From a virus (taxonomy: Duplodnaviria > Caudoviricetes), in the IMG/VR virus record IMGVR_UViG_3300037510_000361, positions 1-41,293 of that record: 41,293 nt of DNA; one strand, 5' to 3'. A program made the translations under genes and the position numbers. This document shows, piece by piece, positions 1-8,349 of the stretch. Each line of letters begins with the position of its first letter. The first letter of the stretch is position 1. The notes below the pieces were generated by a model. That model ran no database searches. It was given only the letters and a program-made list of their open reading frames with translations, and was not told the DNA's origin.

Positions 1-226
1 GTCTGCACTGGGAATTTCCCCGGTACTATGAAAGGTGAAACACATGGCTACGACAAATACTGCCCAGACCAAGAATGCCCCGAAGGCTGCTGCCCAGACC
101 GCCGCTGCTCCGGCAGCCGAATCCAAGACGTTGCGCTTGCAGGTTGTGAAAAAGGACCTGAAATTCAAGGGCGCGCGGCAGGCGTGGTACGAGCGCCTGA
201 TTGCTGCCGACGGCAAGGAACAGAGC
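1..226. repeat. Terminal direct repeat / circular overlap, left copy
   Basis: Matches 41068-41293; first 127 nt identical, then 9 substitutions. Confidence 0.95.
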
Positions 227-358
227 GCGGTGCTGGCCGACCTGGAAGCCAAGCGCCCTTCGGTCTACGGCAGCAAGTCCAAGCACGCGGGCAAGCCCGA
301 GCCGGTTAGCGGTTGGGTCCGGTTCTTTGTGCGCAACGGGTATGTGAAGTTTGTCTAG
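44..358 (+). CDS. Small basic Ala/Lys-rich protein, putative DNA-binding; paralog of 28905-29306
   Basis: AAGGTG SD before ATG 44; shares KxxGxRxxW...DGK...SGWxRF motif with the 28905-29306 product; has its own promoter and terminator. Confidence 0.85.
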   Translation: MATTNTAQTKNAPKAAAQTAAAPAAESKTLRLQVVKKDLKFKGARQAWYERLIAADGKEQSAVLADLEAKRPSVYGSKSKHAGKPEPVSGWVRFFVRNGYVKFV

Positions 359-380
359 GCAGGCACTGCGCTAGACACTG

Positions 381-410
381 AAGGCCGAGGCAGTAATTGC
401 CTCGGCCTTT
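381..410 (+). terminator. Rho-independent terminator
   Basis: 12-bp perfect stem AAGGCCGAGGCA/TGCCTCGGCCTT followed by T-rich tail, just after gene 44-358. Confidence 0.85.
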
Positions 411-713
411 ATTACGATTTTAAAATGTTGCAATGCAACATGGAGCTCTCGGCAGCAACTGCCGAGACAGTAAACTCATATGAGTTATTTGTCCAAGACA
501 ATAGATGTCAAGGCAAGAATCAACAGTTACTGTCGTATGAATCTACTGCAGAGGCAGCGATTCGGGGAACGCGGAACGAAGGCCCCCGGAGGATCTTTAA
601 AAGTAAAGGGTAAAGAAAAAGTACTCCACCCACGCAAGAATTTTCACTCTCTATCTCAGATATCTCTATCTCGAATATCGCATTCCTATGAATCCAATTC
701 AGGGTACTCTTTC

Positions 714-869
714 TCAGGGAACTCCACTCCCTTCCTCTTCTTTTCCCCAGTCCCTGAGTGCCGGGTACTCCACCTCATTCTCCACGTCGATATTCGGTCC
801 GTAGAGGGATATCCCGTATTCCTCGAGCTCCGCAACGACGTTTCGTATAGTCTGCGCTTTGTTCTTCAT
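714..869 (-). CDS. Hypothetical 51-aa acidic protein
   Basis: Manual translation MKNKAQTIRNVVAELEEYG...; ATGA overlap with upstream ORF. Confidence 0.55.
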   Translation of the reverse strand: MKNKAQTIRNVVAELEEYGISLYGPNIDVENEVEYPALRDWGKEEEGSGVP

Positions 870-1036
870 TTCCTCTTCCCCCGAGCTTTGTACCTCGCTC
901 TACAGATCATTCTCGACACGATCGCCACGCTGTCCATATCCAGGACAATTCTCTCCCCCGTACGTGCTTGTCGGAGGATGACCTCATTGCGGTCAATGGA
1001 GGCGTATACGTCGTACCCCAAGTACGTCTCCTTCAC
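866..1036 (-). CDS. Hypothetical 56-aa phage protein
   Basis: Manual translation MKETYLGYDVYASIDRNEVILRQ...; GGAG SD, GTGA overlap with upstream ORF. Confidence 0.65.
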   Translation of the reverse strand: MKETYLGYDVYASIDRNEVILRQARTGERIVLDMDSVAIVSRMICRARYKARGKRK

Positions 1037-1104
1037 TTTTCTCTCCGAGCGATTAGGGCGAAAAGAAAGCAGAAAATCAAGACGAAGATTAGGAATCTAA
1101 CCAT
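1033..1104 (-). CDS. 23-aa single-TM micropeptide
   Basis: MVRFLIFVLIFCFLFALIARREK; overlaps both neighbours in a translationally coupled chain. Confidence 0.5.
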   Translation of the reverse strand: MVRFLIFVLIFCFLFALIARREK

Positions 1105-1288
1105 CAATTCGGTCCCGAAGGGCTTTAATCTGATCATGTAGGTGTTTCTCCACCTTCTCCATGTAGCACCAGTCTCTGTAGACTAGTAGCCAGATGACAA
1201 TGAAGCAACCGATGGCGAACCATGGGTGGTCCGACAGACAAGCCATACTGCCGAACACCGATAGTATGAGTACGGAATATAGGATCAC
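1097..1288 (-). CDS. Small membrane protein (2 TM plus short coiled coil)
   Basis: Two hydrophobic segments; GTGA coupling with upstream ORF. Confidence 0.7.
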   Translation of the reverse strand: MILYSVLILSVFGSMACLSDHPWFAIGCFIVIWLLVYRDWCYMEKVEKHLHDQIKALRDRIDG

Positions 1289-1428
1289 TTAAATCTCCGA
1301 ATTGCTTCCTCGGCAGCCGGGTCCCCCAATTGCCTGGAAGTCTTTTCTAGGTCCTCTACGGAGAGATCTCCCTCCTTGAGATCTCTCAGGTAGCGGTTCA
1401 CTCGATTCTCGTAGTCTGCGTCTCTCAC
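1285..1428 (-). CDS. Hypothetical 47-aa protein
   Basis: Manual translation MRDADYENRVNRYLRDLKEG...; GTGA overlaps at both ends. Confidence 0.6.
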   Translation of the reverse strand: MRDADYENRVNRYLRDLKEGDLSVEDLEKTSRQLGDPAAEEAIRRFK

Positions 1429-1760
1429 GCAGCCTTCTTCTCTTCGAGATCCAGCGCATCGAGGAAGTCCTTGAGGACCTTCTCCCGAAGCTCCGGGGCA
1501 CGCATTACGAGCGTGCGCATGATCATGCCGGCCTTGTCGGCTCCGAACACGGCTCCCATGATGTCATGGTCGAAGATGAGCGTGTCGGCGCTGGGAATTT
1601 CGTTCGGAGCGTCGTCGTCCACTTCGAACACGATGTGGTGGGCCACCATCGTTCCCTTAAGGTCCAGCTTTTTGGCTTTGAAAGCCCGTTCGAGGAGCCG
1701 GCGAAAGGTTTCCTTACCGTCGACATTTCGCTGATCCTCAAATGCGAGATAATTCTTCAT
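1425..1760 (-). CDS. Hypothetical protein
   Basis: GGAGGT SD before ATG; 111-aa ORF. Confidence 0.8.
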   Translation of the reverse strand: MKNYLAFEDQRNVDGKETFRRLLERAFKAKKLDLKGTMVAHHIVFEVDDDAPNEIPSADTLIFDHDIMGAVFGADKAGMIMRTLVMRAPELREKVLKDFLDALDLEEKKAA

Positions 1761-1770
1761 TTCTACCTCC

Positions 1771-1804
1771 AAAAGAGCCCCTACCCTTCTACTCAGGTAG
1801 GGGC
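1771..1804 (-). terminator. Rho-independent terminator
   Basis: GCCCCTACC/GGTAGGGGC stem with TTTT on the minus strand, after gene 1817-2134. Confidence 0.7.
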
Positions 1805-1816
1805 CCCCAAGTTGCT

Positions 1817-2134
1817 TCAGGCCACCTTGTCTTCGGCGCCTTCGTCCTCGTCCTCGTCCTCGTCATCAGCCAGCATGGCGAGGAAGTCCTCGATGCTGTC
1901 CGGCAGGTCTTCCAGATCCTCTTCCGGGTCAGCCGGGCCGGCGATCTTGCGAATCTCCCCGAGGGTGATCAACTGGTCGTCCTTACCAACGAGCTGCTCG
2001 CGGGTGATCTTGCCGTCCTTCACGGCGTTGAGCAGGCCGGTCACGGAGATATTGCCGAAGGCGGCGTTCTGCTTGACCTCCGAATCCGTCTCCCCGAGAA
2101 GCTGGGCCAACTGGTGAACAGGCGTATTTTCCAT
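1817..2134 (-). CDS. Highly acidic small protein
   Basis: AGGAG SD; D/E-rich C-terminal half ending DDEDEDEDEGAEDKVA. Confidence 0.85.
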   Translation of the reverse strand: MENTPVHQLAQLLGETDSEVKQNAAFGNISVTGLLNAVKDGKITREQLVGKDDQLITLGEIRKIAGPADPEEDLEDLPDSIEDFLAMLADDEDEDEDEGAEDKVA

Positions 2135-2143
2135 TGTAGTCTC

Positions 2144-2266
2144 CTAACCCGTGATTTGAGAAGGATCGATGGGTACGGGTAGATAAACCCCATCGAACCG
2201 CACGAAAACGAATTCGGCCGTGGTGTGCACGACTGTGCCCCAGTGGCCATTGATACAGACCCTCAT
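2144..2266 (-). CDS. Hypothetical 40-aa protein (SH3/KOW-like beta pattern)
   Basis: Manual translation MRVCINGHWGTVVHTTAEFVFVRFDG...; ATGA overlap with upstream ORF. Confidence 0.55.
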   Translation of the reverse strand: MRVCINGHWGTVVHTTAEFVFVRFDGVYLPVPIDPSQITG

Positions 2267-2490
2267 TTCTTTCTCCGTATGTGGCTCACAGTGCCTTTGA
2301 CGAGATCAACGAAGATCTGATGGTAGTGATGCGCTTTTGGATTCTCACGAACCGCATACGTGATTGCAAGATACAGCGCCAGAATGTGACCCTCTGATAC
2401 CAGAAGATAGAACGCGGCATAGAACTCTCCAGCGGTAAGAAATAGAGCGATCCAAGCTTCTTTTTCGGTCACGTTGGTGGGGAGCTTCAT
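2263..2490 (-). CDS. Small membrane protein
   Basis: Two hydrophobic stretches; tight packing with neighbours. Confidence 0.7.
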   Translation of the reverse strand: MKLPTNVTEKEAWIALFLTAGEFYAAFYLLVSEGHILALYLAITYAVRENPKAHHYHQIFVDLVKGTVSHIRRKK

Positions 2491-2491
2491 T

Positions 2492-2794
2492 TCAGTGTTT
2501 TCCCTTCAAACGTTCAGCCCTTTCCTCTTCAGGGGATAGCTCCTGAACGTTACCTTCATAGTCCGTTCTGAACGTTTGTTGAGCAACGGTGGAGGATCCG
2601 ATTACTCCTTTGAGGATCCCTATCATCGCTTCACGGGGAACCGTTGATAGAGTGACGGATTTATCCCCGTCAGGATGTGGCATTAGGAAAATGAAGTTGA
2701 CCGGATGGCCAATTACTTCGTTTACAGCTTTAGCGATTGCTGCTGCGAGTTCAGCATCAAGCCGATCGATCTGAGATCGTTCTTCTTTAGACAC
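2492..2794 (-). CDS. Hypothetical protein
   Basis: GGGAGG SD before GTG; first gene of the leftward operon. Confidence 0.75.
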   Translation of the reverse strand: MSKEERSQIDRLDAELAAAIAKAVNEVIGHPVNFIFLMPHPDGDKSVTLSTVPREAMIGILKGVIGSSTVAQQTFRTDYEGNVQELSPEEERAERLKGKH

Positions 2795-2847
2795 GATGTG
2801 CCTCCCTACCAGAACATATCCTACTTGCCATATTATAAAGTTCCCAC

Positions 2848-2877
2848 TTGCGGAATGGTACCGCGATGTGTTACACT
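2848..2877 (+). promoter_or_regulatory. Putative sigma70-like late promoter
   Basis: TTGCGG-N18-TACACT with TG extension, in the divergent gap before the terminase genes. Confidence 0.5.
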
Positions 2878-2886
2878 CCCGTTCCT

Positions 2887-3270
2887 ATGAGTCAAGACCT
2901 CATACCGCTGACTGAAGAGCAGCCCAATTGGTCGCCGGAACTGGATCAGTTCCTGTCGGAACTCGCTCGTGGGGTCCGAGGATTCAATAAACCTCGCAAG
3001 CAGTCGGACAGGCAGAGATTCATTCTCGCAATGGCTGAGGCATTCGACATCATTGGTGGAGTCCCACGCCTCGCTCTTTGGGCCGACAAGAATGAAACAG
3101 AGTTCTATCGACTCTGCGGTCGCACGAACCAGTCAGTCATCTCCCAGACGAATATCAATGCGAACGGACCGGTCACCATTGTCTCGCCCATAGGACGTTC
3201 GGCATTAGACGAGGAAGAGCCCATTGAAGGAGAGTCCAGCGAGATTAAGAATCTCACGGGCGAAGAATGA
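2887..3270 (+). CDS. Putative terminase small subunit
   Basis: Directly upstream of and overlapping terL; helical AFDIIGGVPRLALWA...EFY segment typical of small terminases. Confidence 0.65.
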   Translation: MSQDLIPLTEEQPNWSPELDQFLSELARGVRGFNKPRKQSDRQRFILAMAEAFDIIGGVPRLALWADKNETEFYRLCGRTNQSVISQTNINANGPVTIVSPIGRSALDEEEPIEGESSEIKNLTGEE

Positions 3271-4691
3271 CCCTTCCACAAGAACTAGACATTCCTGGGC
3301 AAATACGGATTCCGTATAAGCCGAGGCCGCAGTTTGCCGGATTCCATTCCAGGAATCAAAGATTTGCCTGCATGATCGCTCACCGACGCGCGGGAAAGAC
3401 TGTCGCGTGCGTCAATGAGCTTGTGGCTCGCGCTGTACATTCCAAGAAGAAGCGGCCTCGGTATGGATACATCGGCCCAATGCTCAAGCAGGCCAAGAAG
3501 ATCGCTTGGGAGTATCTCAAGGAGTATACTCAGGGTCTTACTTTCAAAGTTTCAGAATCTGAGCTCTATGTTCGCCTCAAACACAACGGCGCGGAGATTT
3601 GCATATATGGAGCGGACAATCCCGACAGCTTCCGAGGGCAATACTTCGACGGAATCGTCCTTGACGAGTACGGGGACATGTCACCTTCAGTTTGGGGAAA
3701 AGTCCTTCTCCCAACCCTGCAGGACCGGAAAGGATGGGCCGTCTTCATCGGAACATTTAAGGGAAAGAATCACCTTTATCGAATCCATCGGCGAGCCCAA
3801 GGTCTCGACCTCCCTCCTGGAGAGAATCCTGAAACGTGGAAAGCCCGGTGGTTCCACTTCATACTGAAGGCTTCAGAATCAGGAATTCTACCAGAAAGCG
3901 AGTTGGCGATCGCAAGATCGGAACAGGATGAAGAAGAATATCAGCAGGAATACGAGTGTAACCCGAACGCGGCGATCAAGGGAACCTACTACGCGAAAGA
4001 AATCGCGAAACTCGAGCAGAAAGGACACATCTACAGCGAATTTGCTGAGTATGATCCAAACCTGCCGGTGAACGTCTTTACAGATTTGGGTCTGTATGAC
4101 TCAACTGTGCTCATTTTCACCCAAGAGCACTCGGATGGTCATGCCTTCATAGATTGTTATGAGAACCACGGCCAGCGTCTTTCTCATTACTTTGACATTA
4201 TGGAGGGGAAATCATACAAGTACGCGAACATTTGGCTTCCACATGATGCTAGAGCAGGAACTCTGCAGACTGGCGTCGCCACAGTTCAGCTCGCAATTGA
4301 GGAAGCTAGACGTTTAAACCGATATGATACGTCGGTTGAGAACTTGGTAAACATTTCGCCGAAACTTGACTTGCAGGATGGGATTAACGCAGCTCGCAAA
4401 GCTCTCCCAACCTGCTATTTCGGATCAAAGACAGAGGATTTAGTAGAGGCACTTCGGGCCTATAAACGTCAGTGGGACGAGGACAACAAGGTTTTCCGCG
4501 AAAAGCCTGACCACGACTGGTCAAGTCACTACGCGGACGCATTTAGATACTGGGCCATCTCTACTCGAGCTCTTGCCATTCCTGAGAAGCCGAAAGAAGA
4601 AAAGAAACTGATTCAAATTCCATCCCCGGAGCTGACTCTTGAGCTCCTCTACAGTCAGCGTCCTGTGCGACGTTTTGGAGAAAGAATGTGA
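3267..4691 (+). CDS. terL: Terminase large subunit
   Basis: Walker A HRRAGKT, Walker B GIVLDEY, IGT coupling motif, nuclease DLG...D and HDWSSHYADAFRY. Confidence 0.95.
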   Translation: MTLPQELDIPGQIRIPYKPRPQFAGFHSRNQRFACMIAHRRAGKTVACVNELVARAVHSKKKRPRYGYIGPMLKQAKKIAWEYLKEYTQGLTFKVSESELYVRLKHNGAEICIYGADNPDSFRGQYFDGIVLDEYGDMSPSVWGKVLLPTLQDRKGWAVFIGTFKGKNHLYRIHRRAQGLDLPPGENPETWKARWFHFILKASESGILPESELAIARSEQDEEEYQQEYECNPNAAIKGTYYAKEIAKLEQKGHIYSEFAEYDPNLPVNVFTDLGLYDSTVLIFTQEHSDGHAFIDCYENHGQRLSHYFDIMEGKSYKYANIWLPHDARAGTLQTGVATVQLAIEEARRLNRYDTSVENLVNISPKLDLQDGINAARKALPTCYFGSKTEDLVEALRAYKRQWDEDNKVFREKPDHDWSSHYADAFRYWAISTRALAIPEKPKEEKKLIQIPSPELTLELLYSQRPVRRFGERM

Positions 4692-6808
4692 GCAACGAAG
4701 ATCTAGATAAGAAAGAGGAAGCATCTTCCAAGAAGACTCCTCAGCAGTGGGCGAAATATTGGACGAATCAGTTCTCCATTGCCAGAAAGAAGACGAAGAA
4801 ATGGCATAAGGATGGAGAAAAGGTCATTGATCGCTTCCTTGGAAAACCTTACACGGGCGATCAGGTAGATTTTTGCGAAACGCAGCTGAATCTATTTTAC
4901 TCGAACATCACGACTTTGAAGTCCATGTTGTTCGGACAGATCCCAAAGGTGGAGGTAGACCGTACTTTCGCTGACGCGAACGACGACACTGCTCGCGTCG
5001 CTGGAGAAATTGCGACCCGCATGTTGAACCAGGACATCCAGGATGCAGGAGACGATTACGCCACGACTTTACGCTCCGTTTTGGAGGATCGCCTACTTCC
5101 CGGCCTCGGAACTGCTAGGGTGGTTTATGACTTTTTGGAAGAGGAAATTGAAGTCCCGGCAGTAATGTCTGAAGATGGGATTACCGAGCTTGCTCCAGCA
5201 TACAAGAAGCCGAAAATCACCCAGGAATGGGTAGATGAGGTCTACGTTCACTGGAAAGACGTCCTGTGGTCTCCTTGTCGTACTTACGCGGAGATGCGGT
5301 GGCGTGCTTTTCGCTCGTATATGGACTATAACGAGCTTGTGAAGCGGTTTGGAGAGGAAGTTGCGAAACAGATTCCTCTGAACGCTAAGAATCCGATGAA
5401 TAAGAACACAGGTATCAGTGATCAGGACTCCGATCCTATCGCTGAGGCTGAAGTTTGGGAGATCTGGTGTAAGTCCACGCGAACTGTTTTCTGGTTTGTG
5501 GAGGGAATGGAATCAATTCTTGAGGAAAAGGAAGATTATCTGGAACTCGACGAGTTCTGGCCCGATCCCCCGCCGCTGATCGCCAATGCCACGACGTCAG
5601 AGTACATGCCTCGTCCTGACTACGCTCTTTCCCAAGACCTGTATCGGGAAATCGACGAGTTAGAAACTCGCATTACACTCCTCACGCGCGCATGTAAGGC
5701 AGTGGGTGTCTACGATAAATCGTGTGTGGCTGTCGCACGAATGCTTCAGGAAGGAGTAGAAAATCAACTCATTCCTGCAGACAACTGGGCTATGTTCGCC
5801 GAAAAGGGTGGAATGAAGGGGGTTGTGGACTGGCTGCCAATTGAGGAAGTGGCAGGGGTCGTGGAGATCCTCTCCAAGAAGCAAGCTGAGAAAATTCAGC
5901 AGCTTTATGAAGTCACTGGCATCGCTGATATTCTACGCGGAGCTAGCCAACCGTACGAGGCTGCTGCGACGTCAAAGGCTAAGGTCCAATTCGCTAGTAT
6001 CAAGGTTCAGGCTCTTCAGGAGGAGTTTGCCAGATTCGCCTCGGATCTTCAGAGTAAGAAGTTGCAGATCATACAGAAGCACTTTCAGCCGGAGTGCATT
6101 CTGTATCAGTCCAATATCCAGCAATCTATGGACGGGCAGGACCAACAGCTTGTCCAGAACGCAATCGCTCTTCTGAAGAATCGCAACAAGGCTCGCTGGA
6201 GAGTACAGATCCGCCCAGAAACTCTGGCGATGGCGGACTACGCTCAGCTCAAGATTGATCGTGGAGAATACATCACTGCGTTGTCTACATTCATGCAGTC
6301 GGCGGCTCCGCTGGCGACTATGGATAAGCAGGTGGTGCCGATTCTCTTCCAGCTTCTGCAGTGGGGCCTTGCTGGATTCAAGGGAAGCAACCAGATTGAA
6401 GGAGTTATTGATCGCGCCATTGCGATGTATCAGAAGAAGGCCGATGCTCCGGAACAGGACAAGCCGGATCCTGAGATGATCAAGGCTCAGGCCAAGATGC
6501 AAGAGCTTCAGTTGAAGATGCAAATGGATCAACAGAGCCATCTGCAAGAGATGAAGCAGAAACAGGAAGAACATCGTGCTGAAATGATGCAGAATCAGCA
6601 GGAATTCCAGTTGCGCATGGCAGAGATGCAACAGGAATTCCAGATGAAGATGGCACAGCTTCTGGCTGAGGTTCAGGCACGTAAAGCTGAAATTGCTGAT
6701 GACGCGGCTGCTCGGGAACACGAAGCAAAAATCGGTGCAGAAACACGAGAACACGAATTGGCTGTTGCGAAACAGATGCCAAAAGAGAGAAAGGAAAATG
6801 GCCAGTAG
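4688..6808 (+). CDS. Portal protein
   Basis: 706 aa after terL; P22-like size with a Q/E/M-rich C-terminal coiled-coil barrel. Confidence 0.85.
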   Translation: MSNEDLDKKEEASSKKTPQQWAKYWTNQFSIARKKTKKWHKDGEKVIDRFLGKPYTGDQVDFCETQLNLFYSNITTLKSMLFGQIPKVEVDRTFADANDDTARVAGEIATRMLNQDIQDAGDDYATTLRSVLEDRLLPGLGTARVVYDFLEEEIEVPAVMSEDGITELAPAYKKPKITQEWVDEVYVHWKDVLWSPCRTYAEMRWRAFRSYMDYNELVKRFGEEVAKQIPLNAKNPMNKNTGISDQDSDPIAEAEVWEIWCKSTRTVFWFVEGMESILEEKEDYLELDEFWPDPPPLIANATTSEYMPRPDYALSQDLYREIDELETRITLLTRACKAVGVYDKSCVAVARMLQEGVENQLIPADNWAMFAEKGGMKGVVDWLPIEEVAGVVEILSKKQAEKIQQLYEVTGIADILRGASQPYEAAATSKAKVQFASIKVQALQEEFARFASDLQSKKLQIIQKHFQPECILYQSNIQQSMDGQDQQLVQNAIALLKNRNKARWRVQIRPETLAMADYAQLKIDRGEYITALSTFMQSAAPLATMDKQVVPILFQLLQWGLAGFKGSNQIEGVIDRAIAMYQKKADAPEQDKPDPEMIKAQAKMQELQLKMQMDQQSHLQEMKQKQEEHRAEMMQNQQEFQLRMAEMQQEFQMKMAQLLAEVQARKAEIADDAAAREHEAKIGAETREHELAVAKQMPKERKENGQ

Positions 6809-7109
6809 ATTTCGTTACGATCGAGAGAAGGAATGTTTTGTTCTGAAGTCTGAGTCTTCAAGCGGAGTGATGATCATGCCTGATATCCCAGACTTTCAGT
6901 CACCAATTGATGGTAGAATAGTCCACGGGAGGAAAGGACTACGAGAACACAACAAGGAACACAACGTCACGAATGTGGCGGATTACAAGAACACTTGGGA
7001 ATCGGCTGCGAAGGAAAGAGCGCGGGCGTATACTCCAGGTTCTAGTTACGACAGCAAACGTCGTAAAGAGCTCATTGCTAGGTCCATAGAACAACTTAGG
7101 AGACGATAA
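6798..7109 (+). CDS. Conserved phage hypothetical protein
   Basis: AAGGA SD; PDIxxFxSPIDG...LREH motif typical of ORFs between portal and scaffold. Confidence 0.75.
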   Translation: MASRFRYDREKECFVLKSESSSGVMIMPDIPDFQSPIDGRIVHGRKGLREHNKEHNVTNVADYKNTWESAAKERARAYTPGSSYDSKRRKELIARSIEQLRRR

Positions 7110-8213
7110 ATGCCCGAACCAAAATCACGGTTGGAAGTCATTGAGGAACTCTTTGACAAGTCAGAGGCTGGAGAAGAGTTGAAGCCGATTGAGACTTCAG
7201 CCGAGGAAGTAGAACAATCGCAACAGTCTCAGGAATCCACTGAACAGAAGGTGGAGAAGACTGAAGAATCTGAGACTGTAGAGCAGAAAGAAGCCAAAGC
7301 CGAGACCACTGAAGTCAAAGAATCCAAGGAAGTAGTGGATGATAAGTCCAAGACCCCCGAGGTAACAGAGCAAGAAGCAGCGGCCAGAGCCGGTTCTGCT
7401 CCGATTTCGTGGAAACCTGAAGCGAAGGCAGCTTGGGAGGCTTTGCCACCGATTGTTCGGCAAGAGGTCACTCGTCGGGAGTTTGAAGCTCAACGAGCTA
7501 TGACCTATTCTGCCGGAGCAAGGAAGTTCACACACGAATTCATGGAGGTCGTAAAGCCTTTTGACAATTTGATTCGTGCTCAGAACTCTACTCCGCTTCA
7601 GGCAGTCCGCAATTTGATGACCACTGCTGCGATGCTTACGACTGGCAACGCCAAACAGAAGGCTGACATCGTATCAGATATCTGTCTGAACTATGGCGTG
7701 GACATGCAGGAGCTCGATTCTGCTCTTGCGCTGGCGATCAAGAATCGACAGAACAATGCCACGAGACATTTGACTCCTCAGCAGATTCAAATGCTGAAGC
7801 CGGTATTCGACCGAGCCCGCCAAGCAGAGGAAATGGAAGCATCCAGGACCGAGCAGTATCAGGCTGCGGCTGACGAGACCATCCAGAAGATGTCTACAGA
7901 TCCGAAGTATCCGTTCTTCAACGAACTTCAGGAAGACATCGCTGATATTCTTGAACTGAATTATCGCAGGGGCAAGAAGATCACCATTGAGGAGGCTTAT
8001 GACAAAGCCACGAAGCTCCATGGCAAGGTCGCCAAGGCCGTTGAACAGAGAACAGATGCAGCCAGCGTGTCAAAGGCTGCCGCAACTCTGGCCAAAGCCC
8101 GACAGAGAGCTTCGGCGACTCGTGGTGCTCCGTCCAATGGTGGAAAGCCAATCACGACCCCCAAAACTCGCAGAGAAGCGATCGAAGCGGCCTTCGATGC
8201 GGATCGAACATAA
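7110..8213 (+). CDS. Putative capsid scaffolding protein
   Basis: Acidic disordered N-terminus, PxSW...W..LP motif, helical, directly upstream of capsid. Confidence 0.75.
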   Translation: MPEPKSRLEVIEELFDKSEAGEELKPIETSAEEVEQSQQSQESTEQKVEKTEESETVEQKEAKAETTEVKESKEVVDDKSKTPEVTEQEAAARAGSAPISWKPEAKAAWEALPPIVRQEVTRREFEAQRAMTYSAGARKFTHEFMEVVKPFDNLIRAQNSTPLQAVRNLMTTAAMLTTGNAKQKADIVSDICLNYGVDMQELDSALALAIKNRQNNATRHLTPQQIQMLKPVFDRARQAEEMEASRTEQYQAAADETIQKMSTDPKYPFFNELQEDIADILELNYRRGKKITIEEAYDKATKLHGKVAKAVEQRTDAASVSKAAATLAKARQRASATRGAPSNGGKPITTPKTRREAIEAAFDADRT

Positions 8214-8218
8214 AGTGC

Positions 8219-8248
8219 TTGCAATCCGTATCGAAGCTGTAGTAGCAT
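8219..8248 (+). promoter_or_regulatory. Putative capsid-gene promoter
   Basis: TTGCAA-N18-TAGCAT in the intergenic gap; flanks shared with the promoter at 29355-29383. Confidence 0.55.
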
Positions 8249-8349
8249 TCGTTCCCGAAGCTGAGAAGCTAGAGTCTCCCATCTGCCACACAGAAGAGAC
8301 TCCCAAGTTGCGAAGCTGGAACGCTTACATCAACTGAGGAGAAATTCAA

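Noticed and set aside
128-184. Diversity-generating retroelement TR/VR pair from the mismatched terminal repeats
   Set aside because: Changes are not adenine-specific, are mostly synonymous, and no reverse transcriptase is present.
480-1100. 206-aa + strand ORF
   Set aside because: Antisense to a chain of coupled minus-strand ORFs with SDs; no SD or recognisable motif of its own.
2041-2250. 69-aa minus ORF from the track
   Set aside because: Overlaps the acidic gene; the alternative frame 2144-2266 fits the coupling pattern better.
5972-6754. Long antisense ORFs (also 8512-9174, 12780-13661, 19468-20340)
   Set aside because: Shadow frames of well-supported + strand genes.
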